From Octopus bimaculoides (Eukaryota): a DNA stretch of 64,000 nt. Of this stretch, positions 47,850 to 60,985 are shown piece after piece (within the stretch, counting starts at the first letter, position 1; the number at the start of each line of letters is the position of its first letter). A program made the translations under genes and the position numbers. The stretch covers positions 38,169,450-38,233,449 of the forward strand of contig NC_068988.1 in NCBI RefSeq assembly GCF_001194135.2, written 5' to 3'. A model generated the notes under the pieces. The model saw only the letters and a program-made list of their open reading frames with translations. It was not told where the DNA came from and searched no databases.

Positions 47850-48900
47850 ATGTGACCAGATGAGGTTTATATGTCAAAATAGTTCCTCTAGCAGTCTACA
47901 CACTTCTTCTATCAGTCTTGCAGTGCTTGGATCCTATTGATGAAGAAGCTTTTATCCTGTTGGTCTAAAAAGTCATCAGCAGCAGATTTGACATCATCAT
48001 CATCACTGTGACCTTGATGCTCAGTCAAGTGTTTTTTCATGTTGGGGAACAGATAATAGTTAGATACAGTGAAATCAAGGGAATAGGAAGAGTGATCAAC
48101 CAGTTCAAAGCCACAGTCATGTACAGCAGCCATTGAAACCAAGAACTTGTGTGCTGGAGTATTGTCCAGATGAAACAAACTCCTTTTCATCAGTTTTCTT
48201 GGCCATTCAGCCTTGATGGCTTTTCATAACTGCTCAGCAAGTTTGCATTGTGCTATCCATTGATGGTGTGGGGCCACTTGTGAAGATAGTCAATAAGCAC
48301 TATGTTTTTTGCATCCCAAGAAACTGATGTGATCACCTTACCTCCAGATGAAATGACCTTGGCCTTCATAGGAGCTGGTAAGGAGGGGATGTTTCCACTG
48401 CATGGATTGTCTTCTTTGTCTCTGGCTCAAAGTGATGAAGCCAACACTCATCCTGGGTTAGGAAAGATTCAAGGAAAACAGTTGGATCTGCCTCAAACAA
48501 TGTCAGACTTTCTTGTGATGTGATCAGCCTGGTGTGCTTTTCATCAGACGTCAGAAGACAAGACACCCACTCAGAAGAAACCTAATGCATGTCAAGTTCA
48601 TTGTGCAGAATATTCTCAGTTCTCACACGGTGGTGGTAGCTGCAAGATTTCCAGACCTTGGGTCATCTTCAAAACTCAGTTCCCCTCATAAATTCAGCTG
48701 CCCACTTCTGCACTGTTGATAAAGCTGGAGCATCATCCCCTAATGTAACAACCATATCAGCATTAAGGTCTTTGGTGGGATTAAACACTTTTTCTGCAGG
48801 TACTTTACAACACGACAATGCCAAACTTTGCCCATTTTCAAGAGAGATTGCCACTAGTTACTTTTGAAGTCTTCTTTGAACAGTTATATCTCAATTTACC
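47850..48900 (-). pseudogene. mariner DD34D transposase remnant
   Basis: LSTVQKWAAEF.RG; FLTQDECWLHHFEPETK; FHLDNTPAH...FELVDHSSYSLDFTVSNYYLFPNMKKHL. Confidence 0.88.
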
Positions 48901-49024
48901 TGGAAGGAAACAATGCAGTTATTCATAAGAAGGGGCGAAATTAATGCATGCAAGATTTCACAGCTCTAGCACCACTCCTTCAGAGTCAGCCTATGAACTT
49001 TTAAGCCCACACTTGCCTGTATAT

Positions 49025-49061
<37 letters not shown>

Positions 49062-50216
49062 NNNNNNNNNNNNNNNNNNNNNNNNNNNNNNNNNNNNNNN
49101 NNNNNNNNNNNNNNNNNNNNNNNNNNNNNNNNNNNNNNNNNNNNNNNNNNNNNNNNNNNNNNNNNNNNNNNNNNNNNNNNNNNNNNNNNNNNNNNNNNNN
49201 NNNNNNNNNNNNNNNNNNNNNNNNNNNNNNNNNNNNNNNNNNNNNNNNNNNNNNNNNNNNNNNNNNNNNNNNNNNNNNNNNNNNNNNNNNNNNNNNNNNN
49301 NTATATATATATATATATATGTATGTATATGTATATATATGTTTAGATAAATACATATGGTTGCTATTATGCAAAAGTGTTGTAAGTCCAAAATGTTGCT
49401 TTTCCAGAAAATGAAAAAAATAGTTTCACCATTCGATAGCAAAACCGTTCTACTACACTTTGACAAGTTTTGATATCTTGACATCTGAAGCAGCCAGAGA
49501 TATGATAGTTTGACCAAAAGAACCAGCTTTATCACAAGCAAAAATAAATATTGAGAAAAATGCATTTGACCAAATTTGGACATATGACAGTTTAACATAA
49601 TAGCAACGATATACATACATAGACGCATACTCATTCATTCACACACATACACATGCATGGAGGGAATTTAAATTTATCTGTTCTATAATTACACTTTTTA
49701 CAGTAAACTGATAAGAGGTAAACACTTGCCAAAACCTTGTATTATTCAATATCTGAGATTTTATGCAAATTTGGCACGACAACGTCTTAATAAATAAAAT
49801 TTCATCTATATCTAGACCAGTAATATAATTATTTCTTGAAATGCTTGAAGATGTATAGTGGATAAATATTAATATTTATGCCTTGGTATGTTTTTTTTTC
49901 TATTCAGTTAAGTCTACATATTATATTAAAGTATGTGTGTGTGCATATATTTCTAATAATATGATAACATATATATGTGTATGTGTGTGTGTGTGTGTGT
50001 ATGTGTATTTATATATGTGTGTATATTATATATGTATATGTATATGTGTGTATATATTTATGTATGCATTTATCTATATCTATCTATGTATCTATATAAA
50101 CACACACACACACACACATATATATGTATGTGTGTGTATGTGTACATATATATGTATATATATATATAAATATATATATATACATGTATGTATGTGTGTG
50201 TATGTGTATATATATA

Positions 50217-50269
<53 letters not shown>

Positions 50270-51047
50270 ATATCAGTTAATGGTTCTTACATTGTTACCG
50301 AGTAACAGTATTCAAACATGTGAAGAAGGGAAACAGCATGATAATTTACAAACAATGATATTTGTAAATATACTGCAAAAAAGCAGAAAAGCCCACAAGT
50401 AAAAACGTTAGAAAATGCATTTTAATTCATGTATTTAGCTGTCATATGTTAGAATATATGATATATTCCTCTATTCACATGCAAAATCATGTTGTATTTC
50501 ACATTCTCGGTAGCATATTTGTAAAACACACACACAAACAAGTGACAGTGGCTTTTGGTAATAAGATTTTAATGATGATGTATAACTCATTTTTTCTTTA
50601 ATTTGTCAGTATGCAGCAATCTTTCAGGAGGGTCTGGCATATCCATTACTTGGGAAACAAACAGCTTAAGCCAATTGGTATATATGAAATTCACCATATA
50701 TTTTTCCGTATTTACCATCCTTGAAAACTCACTTATATTAGGCAACTTCCTAATATCTAGTGTGAAACTAATTGGTAAGGTCAGGTGTAATGGATCTATA
50801 TTACTGTATACATTGATTTATATATATTCCTCCTCTCACTCTCTGGGAGAGAAGCACAAGCACATACACAGACATATACACACACGGCAGTAACTTCCGC
50901 CTACCAAATTCAATCACAAAGCTTCGGTCGGCTCGGGGCTATAGCAGAAGACACTCGCCCAAGGTGCTACGCAGTGGGACTGAACCCGAAGCCATGTAGC
51001 TGGGAAGCAAGCTTCCTAACCACACAGCCATGCCCATATATATATAT

Positions 51048-51675
51048 GGTGAGAATTTACATAAAAACAAAAGGCGAAGACGAGTGTGTAAACAACAAAC
51101 AGATGTATTAGTTTATTAGGGATGGGATGTATAGGGATAGTGGGGTTGGAAAGTGTAGAGGTGGGTAACAAGGGAGGGGGTGACAATGAAGGGAGAAGGT
51201 GGATAGGAGTGAAGAGAGGAAGTACGTGTCAGACCAAGAGAGAAGTGGGTGGGAGGAAGTAGGTGTGAGAGGAAGAGAGGAGAGAGGAGGAGAGTTAGAT
51301 GAAGAGGGGAGGAGAGTTGAGCCCATGTGGTGCAAAGGAGCAAAGAGAGAAGATTAATCCCTGTTCACGGCGAAGATGGGAGTCCAGATGGCCCCTGTAC
51401 AAGGACAATCCGAACACAGACAGGTGTTGTAAAGAATGACCAGTAGAGCAGAAATGGCGCAAGACCGGGGTGTCATTGCTGAGTCTGATGTCTTGGAGGT
51501 GTTCCACGAATCAGTCAGCCAAGTGGCGTCCCGTTTGACCGATATATAGAAGACAGAGAGAGTAGGAGATGCAGTAGATGATGTTGCTAGAAGTGCAGGT
51601 GAAGGAGTCAGTGATATGATAGGGCTGATCATGGGTGCCTGTGAGGAGGGTGGTGTCGGAGAGGTAAGGGCAAGG
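51048..51675 (-). mobile_element. Penelope-like element remnant B: GIY-YIG endonuclease and pseudo-LTR
   Basis: FTCTSSNIIYCISYSLCLLYIGQTGRHLAD*FVEHLQDIR...PVLRHF...H...REQGLIFSL...PHGLN* (51675-51295), then a pyrimidine-rich pLTR whose hammerhead segment appears deleted. Confidence 0.9.
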
Positions 51676-51995
51676 ATCAGTTAATTATGATTTCATTGAA
51701 GATATTCTCCTTTCAGATTCATGCACTTATTGCAGTGGTCCTTCAGTTTTTTTCTTAGCCTTGTAAAAAAATTCAGAAGGCCTTTCGCAATAACCTAAAA
51801 ACCAGGAACTTTTCAGCACCCCCTCATACATTCTGTAAAGTGGTTGGCATTAGGAAGGACATCCAACTGTAGAAATCATGTCAAAGTAGACAATGAGGTA
51901 CAATGCAGTCCTTGGAGTGTTGGATCCTCTTAGACTGTCCAGACCATGCCAGTATGGAACATGGACGTTAAATGATTTATAAATGATGACGGTAG

Positions 51996-52029
<34 letters not shown>

Positions 52030-52419
52030 GATGATGTAGATGATGATGCATATGCATGTATTTGTTTGTATATCTGTGGCCAAGGCCGCAGGTCACGTAC
52101 TGGACATCACAATCATTTTGGAAGTTGCTTTTCATCCTCCTTCACAACTCCACAGGCACTTTCTGTTTTCTGCAAAGACTAATAGACGTCACTGATATAT
52201 GTGTTTGTGTGTGTGTGTATGTGTGCGTGCGTGTGTGTGTGTGTGTGCATACATATATATGTGTATCTGTATGCATAAGTATGTGTATATATGTGCATTG
52301 TAATCTTTTGATATCCATCTTCCTTATAAGTATATATATACACATATATATGTACACACATATATACGCACAACATCTTTTGTATCGTTTTTTCTCTTTT
52401 TTTTTCTTTTTATATATTC

Positions 52420-52930
52420 TTTCCAATTTTAACTTCTAGCATTTATATTTCTCTCCTTCTCTCCAAATCTGTTCCAGTTTCTCTTCCTCTCTGCCTCTCT
52501 TTTTCTTTCGCTTCCTTTTCCTTCACTCTTTCATTAATTTTTTCTTTCATTTCTACTTTCACTTACTCTCCTTTTTCTCTCTTGTTTTGCACCCTTTCGC
52601 ATCCTTCTTCTCATTGTTCCTTTCTTTATTTTGTTCCATTTTCTCTCTGTCTTTCTCTTTTTCCTTCCTCCCTTCCTTCCTTCCTTTTCTTTATTTTCAG
52701 TTTCTCTATCCCTCTTAGTTGTTTTCATCTTTTTTTTCTCTCTTCCTATCTTCATCTCTGTATCTCTTTCTTATTTCCTTCTCTGCATTTTCTTTATTCT
52801 CGTCTTTCTTAGTATGATATCCTGTTTTGCATTTCTTTCTTCATTATTCACTTCTCACTCATTTACTTTCATTTTTCTTCGACCCCCCCCCATCCCTATT
52901 CTTGCCACTTTCTTTTTTTTCTTAATTGTT
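52420..52930. repeat. ~500-bp polypyrimidine tract
   Basis: Directly visible; a polypurine tract lies at 54110-54230. Confidence 0.9.
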
Positions 52931-55760
52931 TTTTTTTCAAAAAATATTTTTACATTACATTCTTTACATTTTGAAAGAAGAAAAACCAAAAACAGATGAG
53001 AATACAGCACATTGTAAAACAACCAAGAACAACAATCAAAAAAAAGGAGACAAAAAACAAAACAAAAAAATCAACAGCAAAATNNNNNNNNNNNNNNNNN
53101 NNNNNNNNNNNNNNNNNNNNNNNNNNNNNNNNNNNNNNNNNNNNNNNNNNNNNNNNNNNNNNNNNNNNNNNNNNNNNNNNNNNNNNNNNNNNNNNNNNNN
53201 NNNNNNNNNNNNNNNNNNNNNNNNNNNNNNNNNNNNNNNNNNNNNNNNNNNNNNNNNNNNNNNNNNNNNNNNNNNNNNNNNNNNNNNNNNNNNNNNNNNN
53301 NNNNNNNNNNNNNNNNNNNNNNNNNNNNNNNNNNNNNNNNNNNNNNNNNNNNNNNNNNNAGAATGCAATTAAAATTAAATTTATGTATCGATTTAACTTT
53401 ACCTTTAACCACTACCACTACTGCAACCACCACCACCACCACCACTGCAACTACCGCCACTGCCACCACTACCACCACCACCACCACCACCACCACCATC
53501 ACCACTGCAACCACTACTGCTGTTGCCACCACTGCCGCTGCTGCCACCACCACCAAGTCCAATGACAACAATGGCAACAACAACAACAACAACAACATCA
53601 TCATCAATACCAATGCCGTCAACAACAACAATAATAACAGCGACAACAACAAGAACAGTTTGGCAACGGTATCTACCATAGCAGCAACACAAGACATCCC
53701 TCATCTTGCTAGATACAATTTTTGGTTTGTTTCTCCACTCCAGCCAGACCTCACTCACTCTGGCCAGATCTCTTGTACTCACCACTCTAACCAGATCTCA
53801 CTCACTCTTACCTCTCTGCCATGTAAAAATAACTACAGAATCAATTGATAGTGAGCTGTAGGGCAGAAGTATTGGAACTTTGGAATTTTCTTTCTTCTTT
53901 TTCTCTGATATCTATTCCTTTCTTCCACTCAGTTTGTTATATCTTCATGTTCTGGTTTTTGCATGTTTGTCATAGTTGCTATCGTCGTTGTTGTTGTTGT
54001 TGGTGGTGGTGGTTGTGGTGGTTGTGGTGGTTGTGGTGGTTGTGGTGGTGGTAGTGGTGATGGTAGTAGTGTTATTGTTGTTGCTGTCTTTTAGCTTGGA
54101 AATAAGGAAAAGAGAAAGAATGAAAGAAAGAAAATTCAAAAAAGAAATAAAGAAAGAAAGGAAGGAAGGAAGGAAGGAAGGGAGGAAGAAAAGAAAAAAA
54201 GAAAGAAGGAAGCGTAAAAGAAAATGAAGTTAAGCGCAGCTGAAAATAAGTTTATTTATCCTAAAGTCACCGTGAGCAAAGAATGAAATTCAGAGCAGGA
54301 AGTATCAATTTTTGATACTTGTTTCATGACATGTAACTCTTTTAAATCCAGCCAGCTGAACCAAAATGAACCAACATCAGCTACAAAAGCAAATCAATAA
54401 CTCAATAGATTATGTAAATAAGTTTTAAATTTGGTTTGCTTCCACTCTGTAGGATTTGACATTTGGTTCCATTTAACTCAATTTAATGCTGCTTGATTTA
54501 TCTGGAACAAGACTGGACTCAGGCCGGACTGAGTAAGACTCAGGCTTGACTTGAAAGAATGAATTTGGCTTGGTTTTTCTCAGCTCAGCTTGTTTGATAG
54601 GGATTCAACTTGAACCTATTCGACTGTTTAATACAATTATGCTTAAAATAGCAATTTATGTATCATAATTGCTGTTGTCCATACATATAGGCTTTACATT
54701 TGCAGGTGCTGGTACTACATAAAATTGCACTTGTGCCAGTGCTGCATAAACACACCTGTGCCAGTGGCATGTAAAAAGCACCCAACTCACTCTGTAAAGT
54801 GGTTGGTGTTAGGAAGGGCACCCAGTCATAGAAAGCCTGTCACAATAGACAATTGTAGTCTGGACAGCTCCCTGTCTGGCCAGCTCCTGTCAAACTGTCC
54901 AACCCATGCCAGCATGAAAATGGAAAACAAACGTTAAATGATGATGATGGTGACGATGACGATGATGATGATGTGATGATTACCAGTCTTTGGGACTTTG
55001 GTATTCAAATTTATTCAGTTATTCAGGCTAAAAGACCAGATATTATGGTGCTGCCACATTTCTGTAAAAACATTTGAAAAGCTAAGTAAATTCAACGAAC
55101 TTGAAATAGAAGTCTCAAAACTGACATCTAAGAACAACAACTATACCAGTGATCATTGGAAACAAAATATCTGAACTACAGAAAATTGTTCTCATGGGAA
55201 CTGTCCACATCCAAAGAAAAACATTATCAACTTGAATATCCCTGAATTTTGTAAAATTCTTTCAAAACTGGAATATTACAAATTTAAAAGAATTTTATTT
55301 CTGGGATTCTGGTTTCCTTTCTTCACAATATATCACTACTAATCATAAATAACAGCCATAGAAAAACAACCAACTTGCTGTTATTTGATGTCTTTGAAAT
55401 TTTGAACAGCTTCTAGAAATTAAAACAACAATAATGTAAATAACAACAACAAAAGCAATAATTATAATTGTTTCAAATTTTGGCAAAAGACCAGAAACTT
55501 TAGTGGGTAGGAGGTGATTGCTAATAATATTGACAAAGTTGATTCTGTTGGAGTTTGGAATTTAAATGTAAAGAACTGGAAGAAAAATCACAAGGAATTT
55601 GTCTGACGCTCTATAATTTTAATCAAATGAAAAATATTGGCTTACTTCAATAAGATAACTGGTAGCCTATAACACACACACAAACACGTATATGTCTTTG
55701 ACTTTGTTTGAGTGTATGTGTGTGTGTGATTGTATATATATGTATGTATGCATGCATGTA

Positions 55761-55793
<33 letters not shown>

Positions 55794-56615
55794 NNNNNNN
55801 NNNNNNNNNNNNNNNNNNNNNNNNNNNNNNNNNNNNNNNNNNNNNNNNNNNNNNNNNNNNNNNNNNNNNNNNNNNNNNNNNNNNNNNNNNNNNNNNNNNN
55901 NNNNNNNNNNNNNNNNNNNNNNNNNNNNNNNNNNNNNNNNNNNNNNNNNNNNNNNNNNNNNNNNNNNNNNNNNNNNNNNNNNNNNNNNNNNNNNNNNNNN
56001 NNNNNNNNNNNNNNNNNNNNNNNNNNNNNNNNNNNNNNNNNNNNNNNNNNNNNNNNNNNNNNNNNNNNNNNNNNNNNNNNNNNNNNNNNNNNNNNNNNNN
56101 NNNNNNNNNNNNNNNNNNNNNNNNNNNNNNNNATATATATATATATATATATAAATTAAATCAAAGGAAAATTTAAGAATCATATCACCAAATAAAAGCT
56201 ATAATTTCAAATGATTACTTAGTATATTTATCAACATTGCCGTAACTTTGAAATGTATGAGAACCTCATGTTATTTATTTCTCAGTTTGTTTGTTGTTTC
56301 CAAACGGACACATCTCCAGATACTGCTGAGAAATAAAGTTGTTATGTAATAAACGGCATATCAGAATCACTCTGCATAGAAGTAAGAGGTTGGATTTATA
56401 GACTTATATGTGGAAATGAGATTATTTGATGTTTATACAGTCTTCAAGGGTATTAGTGGTAGGAGTAAAACTCCAAGAATCAGAGGGAGGATAAAGGGAG
56501 CTTCTATGTGGTCTGTCATTTGGTTTGTTAGAAATAACAGCCAAACCCCACCATTCATACAGTACTATATTGTCTTAAATAAAGGAAGGGCACATTGGAT
56601 GATAACGTCTTAGAC

Positions 56616-56945
56616 CAGAGGTTCTCAAACATTTTGGGCCACTGCCCACCTCATGGCCACATAATATCCTCAACATCCACACCCCTGTTTTTTATGTATA
56701 GATAAATATTTTATGTTTTACTAATTCATATATACAATGAATCATTTGATATTTAATATAATATTATATAATTTGTTTACAATAATATAATAATATTATA
56801 ATAAATTCATAGCATCCCCCAATTCACTGCCTTCCTCCCAACGCCTCTTTTTTCTCTACCACCCGCCTCCACTTAGGCACCAGCGCCCACCTGGACCATC
56901 TCAACACCCACTGGGAGGTGGTAGCACCTACTTTGAGGACCTATG
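56616..56945. mobile_element. hAT (Charlie-like) MITE with perfect 8-bp TSD
   Basis: TCTTAGAC|CAGAGGTTCTCAAA ... TTTGAGGACCTATG|TCTTAGAC. Confidence 0.9.
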
Positions 56946-57020
56946 TCTTAGACAAACTGGGAAAACAACAGGGTGGTCACAAATGGAACGTTTGTTTGAT
57001 CCAGATTGATCTAGAGTTAA

Positions 57021-57240
57021 TCCTTTAGCATTCAGATTTCGCTGTCACATGTAATGTTTATTGATCCACATTGTTTCGCAGTCATCATGTATTATCTTGT
57101 TGTTTTGAGATTTCAATGATGTGATTGTTTATTTTAAGAAAGACATTGTAAGATAGGTGTGAGAGGCTGGATCTAACAAGTTTGAACATAAAACAGGTCA
57201 GATATTTCGGCCTGATGAGGTCAGTTTAAATGCTAAGGGG
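57021..57240. mobile_element. piggyBac-like MITE, uninterrupted
   Basis: TTAA|TCCTTTAGCATT ... AATGCTAAGGGG|TTCA. Confidence 0.75.
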
Positions 57241-57264
57241 TTCAATTACAACAACAATAATAAT

Positions 57265-58148
57265 TCTTTCTACTAAAGGTACAAGGCCTTACATTATAGG
57301 AGAGAGGTGGCTAGTTGTTTACATTGACCCCAGTGTTTTACTGGTACATATTTCATAGAGCACAGAAAGGTGAAAGGCAAAGTTATCCTCAGTGGAATTT
57401 GAACTTAGAACATAAAGCTCAAAGAAATGCTGCTCAGCATTTTGCCTGGCATGCTAACAATTCTGCCTGCTTATTATTACCTTAACAATAATGATTTCAA
57501 ATTAAGGTGGTGAGCTGGCAGAAACGTTAGCACGCCAGGCGAAATGTTTAGCACAAATCCTGCCGAGGTTGACTTTGCCATTCTTCCTTGCGGGGTCAAT
57601 AAATTAAGTACCAGTTGTGTACTGAAGTCAATCTAATTGACTGGCCCCTGCCTCCCACAAAATTTTGGGCCTTGTGCCTAGAATAGAAAAAAATAATGAT
57701 TTCAAATTTTGCCACAAAGGTTGCAATTTCAGGGAAGCAGGTAAGTCGATTTCATTGTCCCCAGTGCTCAACTGGTTCTTAATTTTATCAACCTTGAAAG
57801 GATAAAAGGTAAAGTCGACCCGAGTAGAATTTGAACTCAGAATGTAAAGGCAGGCGAAATGCTACTAAGCATTATGTCTGGCACACTAACAATTTGGCCA
57901 GCTTGTTTTCTTAACAATAACAATAATGATCCTTTCTACTATAGGCACAAAGACTGAAATTTTTGTGGGAGGGGATAAGTTGATTACATCAACCCCAGTG
58001 CATAACTGGTACTTGTTTAATTGACTCCGAAAGGATGAAAGACAAAGTTGACCTCGGTGAAATTTGAACTCAGAATGTAGTGGTGATGGGCGAAATACTG
58101 CTGAGCATTTTGTCCAGCGTGCTAACAATTGTGCCAGCCGACCGCCTT
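57265..58148. repeat. cluster of four S1 SINEs in mixed orientation (-,+,-,-)
   Basis: Copies at about 57265-57475, 57503-57690, 57700-57905 and 57925-58148. Confidence 0.85.
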
Positions 58149-59497
58149 TAACAATAACAATAATAACAAAACAACAAAAATCAACAACAATAACAACATC
58201 AACAATAATAATGATGACAGTAACACCTGGATTACTGGCTTAATCCAGCAGAAAACTTAATTCATGAATCAGGGAGAGCGCCCTTATGCATTTATTTAGC
58301 CTGCTAGAAATAGCTACCAAATGCCTCTCATGTTACTCCTTACCCTCTTAAGAATGCAAAGGACACATTGGATAATGTAATTATGGATACACTAAGCTTT
58401 GAAAAGAAAAGACAAAACAAAATTAGATGTTTGGATAGTCATGGTTGGAATATCTTTGATCTTTAAAACTCAGGCTACTTGATTAGATTTGACCTGGGGT
58501 TAAATAACTGAAACAGCTTNNNNNNNNNNNNNNNNNNNNNNNNNNNNNNNNNNNNNNNNNNNNNNNNNNNNNNNNNNNNNNNNNNNNNNNNNNNNNNNNN
58601 NNNNNNNNNNNNNNNNNNNNNNNNNNNNNNNNNNNNNNNNNNNNNNNNNNNNNNNNNNNNNNNNNNNNNNNNNNNNNNNNNNNNNNNNNNNNNNNNNNNN
58701 NNNNNNNNNNNNNNNNNNNNNNNNNNNNNNNNNNNNNNNNNNNNNNNNNNNNNNNNNNNNNNNNNNNNNNNNNNNNNNNNNNNNNNNNNNNNNNNNNNNN
58801 NNNNNNNNNNNNNNNNNNNNNNNNNNNNNNNNNNNNNNNNNNNNNNNNNNNNNNNNNNNNNNNNNNNNNNNNNNNNNNNNNNNNNNNNNNNNNNNNNNNN
58901 NNNNNNNNNNNNNNNNNNNNNNNNNNNNNNNNNNNNNNNNNNNNNNNNNNNNNNNNNNNNNNNNNNNNNNNNNNNNNNNNNNNNNNNNNCCACCACAGCT
59001 GCCGCCGCCACCACCACCACCACCACCAGTTTAATGCCCACTTTTCATTGCAGGCATGGATTAGATGGAGTTTATTGAAGTGAATTTCTACAGCTGGATA
59101 CCCTTCCTGTCACTAACCTTCACCTGTTTCATTCCAAGGTAATATTTCCTCCATGGCCAGACATGTGTTTTTGCAGAATATAAGTACGAACGACACTGCT
59201 TGTATGACAGTGACACTCATTTACATCTATCATGGATCTCAAAGAACTGAAGAAAGCCACTTAAGGGATGATAAGATAACCAAAGCAACTGAGCCCAGCT
59301 CAAAGCGGTTGTGGTTGTTAAGGGATCAAATACACAAGGGATGCTGAAAAGTTCTTGGGTATCACAAAAGGCCCGGTTGGAGGTCCAACCTTCCGAGTTC
59401 TTTTTCAGGTCTTAGAAAAACTGAAGGACCACTGCAAGAAGTATATAAATCTGAGAGGGGAATAAGTTGAATAAAATCATAATTAACTGATCCTCCT

Positions 59498-59750
59498 GTA
59501 AGGCATGTGGCCTAGTGATTAGAGTGCTGGGCTCATGATTGTAAGATTGTGGTTTCGATTCTTGGACTGGGTGACATGCTGTGTTCTTGAGCAAAATGCT
59601 TCATTTCAAGTTGCTCCAGTTCACTCAGCTGGCAAAGAATGAATAATCCTGTGACAGACTGGTGTCCAATCCAGGTGGAGAATATATCATGAAACTAGGA
59701 AACCAGCCCTTATGAATCAGTAAGACCCAAGAAAGTAACTAAGAAGAACT
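59498..59750 (+). mobile_element. tRNA-headed SINE with shared central domain, tail type 5, inserted in a mariner MITE
   Basis: AAGGCATGTGGCCTAGTGATTAGAG head, GGTTTCGATTC B-box, TGTGTTCTTGAGCAAAA block. Confidence 0.7.
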
Positions 59751-60643
59751 AAGCTCTCCCTGTAGTTTCTTTTACCCAAAGCCAAGAACTTTTCAGCACC
59801 CCTACCCTCCCCGTAGAGCCTCTCTAAAGCTGAAGGCTAATTCATGCCATGTTGCCCCACTCAGGTAAAGCATACAGTCTAAGGGGTGAAACACTTTTGA
59901 TCTGAGATATCTGTTAATGATACAAAAGGGTTTCTAAAAATGCTATTGTGTTAGTCACTCACCCTCAAGAGAATCAGTGTGCAATGTCTTTTAAGAAGCT
60001 CCTACAGTTTCTGTTTAAGGCAAAGCATTCTCTGATTGTTATTTCATTCACAAGTATTTCTCATTCAATGTAGATGATGAAGACAGGCAGACATCAATGA
60101 AGCATGCATCAAGCTGGCAGGCCGACAGGCTGGCTGGCTGGAAAGCTTGTAAGCTGGTAGGCTGGCAGGCCTGTAGGCAGGATGTCTTAATGATTTGTTG
60201 GAGAAAAATCACAAGGTCTGAAATTTTCAATAATGAAATATCATATCAAAGAAAGTTGTTTTAATGTCTCTTCTTGAATCTGAAGATATTAAAGAGACAT
60301 TTTCATGCTCAAAGTGACATTGATTATTGCTGTGAAGACACTGTGAAATGAGTAGCACAAACAAACCAGTTTTCATACAACAGTCTGTAATTTATTGATT
60401 TCATTAGAAGTATTAAAAGTATTGATAATAACGATGATGATAATGATAATAATAACAACAATAATAATAATAATAATGATAATAATAATAATGATAATAA
60501 TGATAATAATGCTGGGATGATAAGGATGATGATAAGAATAATAGTGGTGGTATGGTAAACATCGAAATTGCTTACTAGAACGATTGGTAATTGACTATAT
60601 ATCATGTAGCTTGATTAGATATGACAACAGTTCAAATGTGTGC

Positions 60644-60713
<70 letters not shown>

Positions 60714-60892
60714 NNNNNNNNNNNNNNNNNNNNNNNNNNNNNNNNNNNNNNNNNNNNNNNNNNNNNNNNNNNNNNNNNNNNNNNNNNNNNNNNNNNNNNN
60801 NNNNNNNNNNNNNNNNNNNNNNNNNNNNNNNNNNNNNNNNNNNNNNNNNNNNNNNNNNNNNNNNNNNNNNNNNNNNNNNNNNNNNNNNNNNN

Positions 60893-60985
<93 letters not shown>

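Noticed and set aside
57212-57225. CTGATGAG in the piggyBac-like MITE
   Set aside because: No GAAA or helices, and not conserved in the homologous copy near 2065.
4872-60605. Poly-Val/Met/His/Thr/Gly/Leu and (YI)n/(CV)n/(HT)n ORFs (e.g. 11372-11791, 29581-30190, 53363-53848)
   Set aside because: Translations of micro- and cryptic simple repeats that are open in several frames on both strands.
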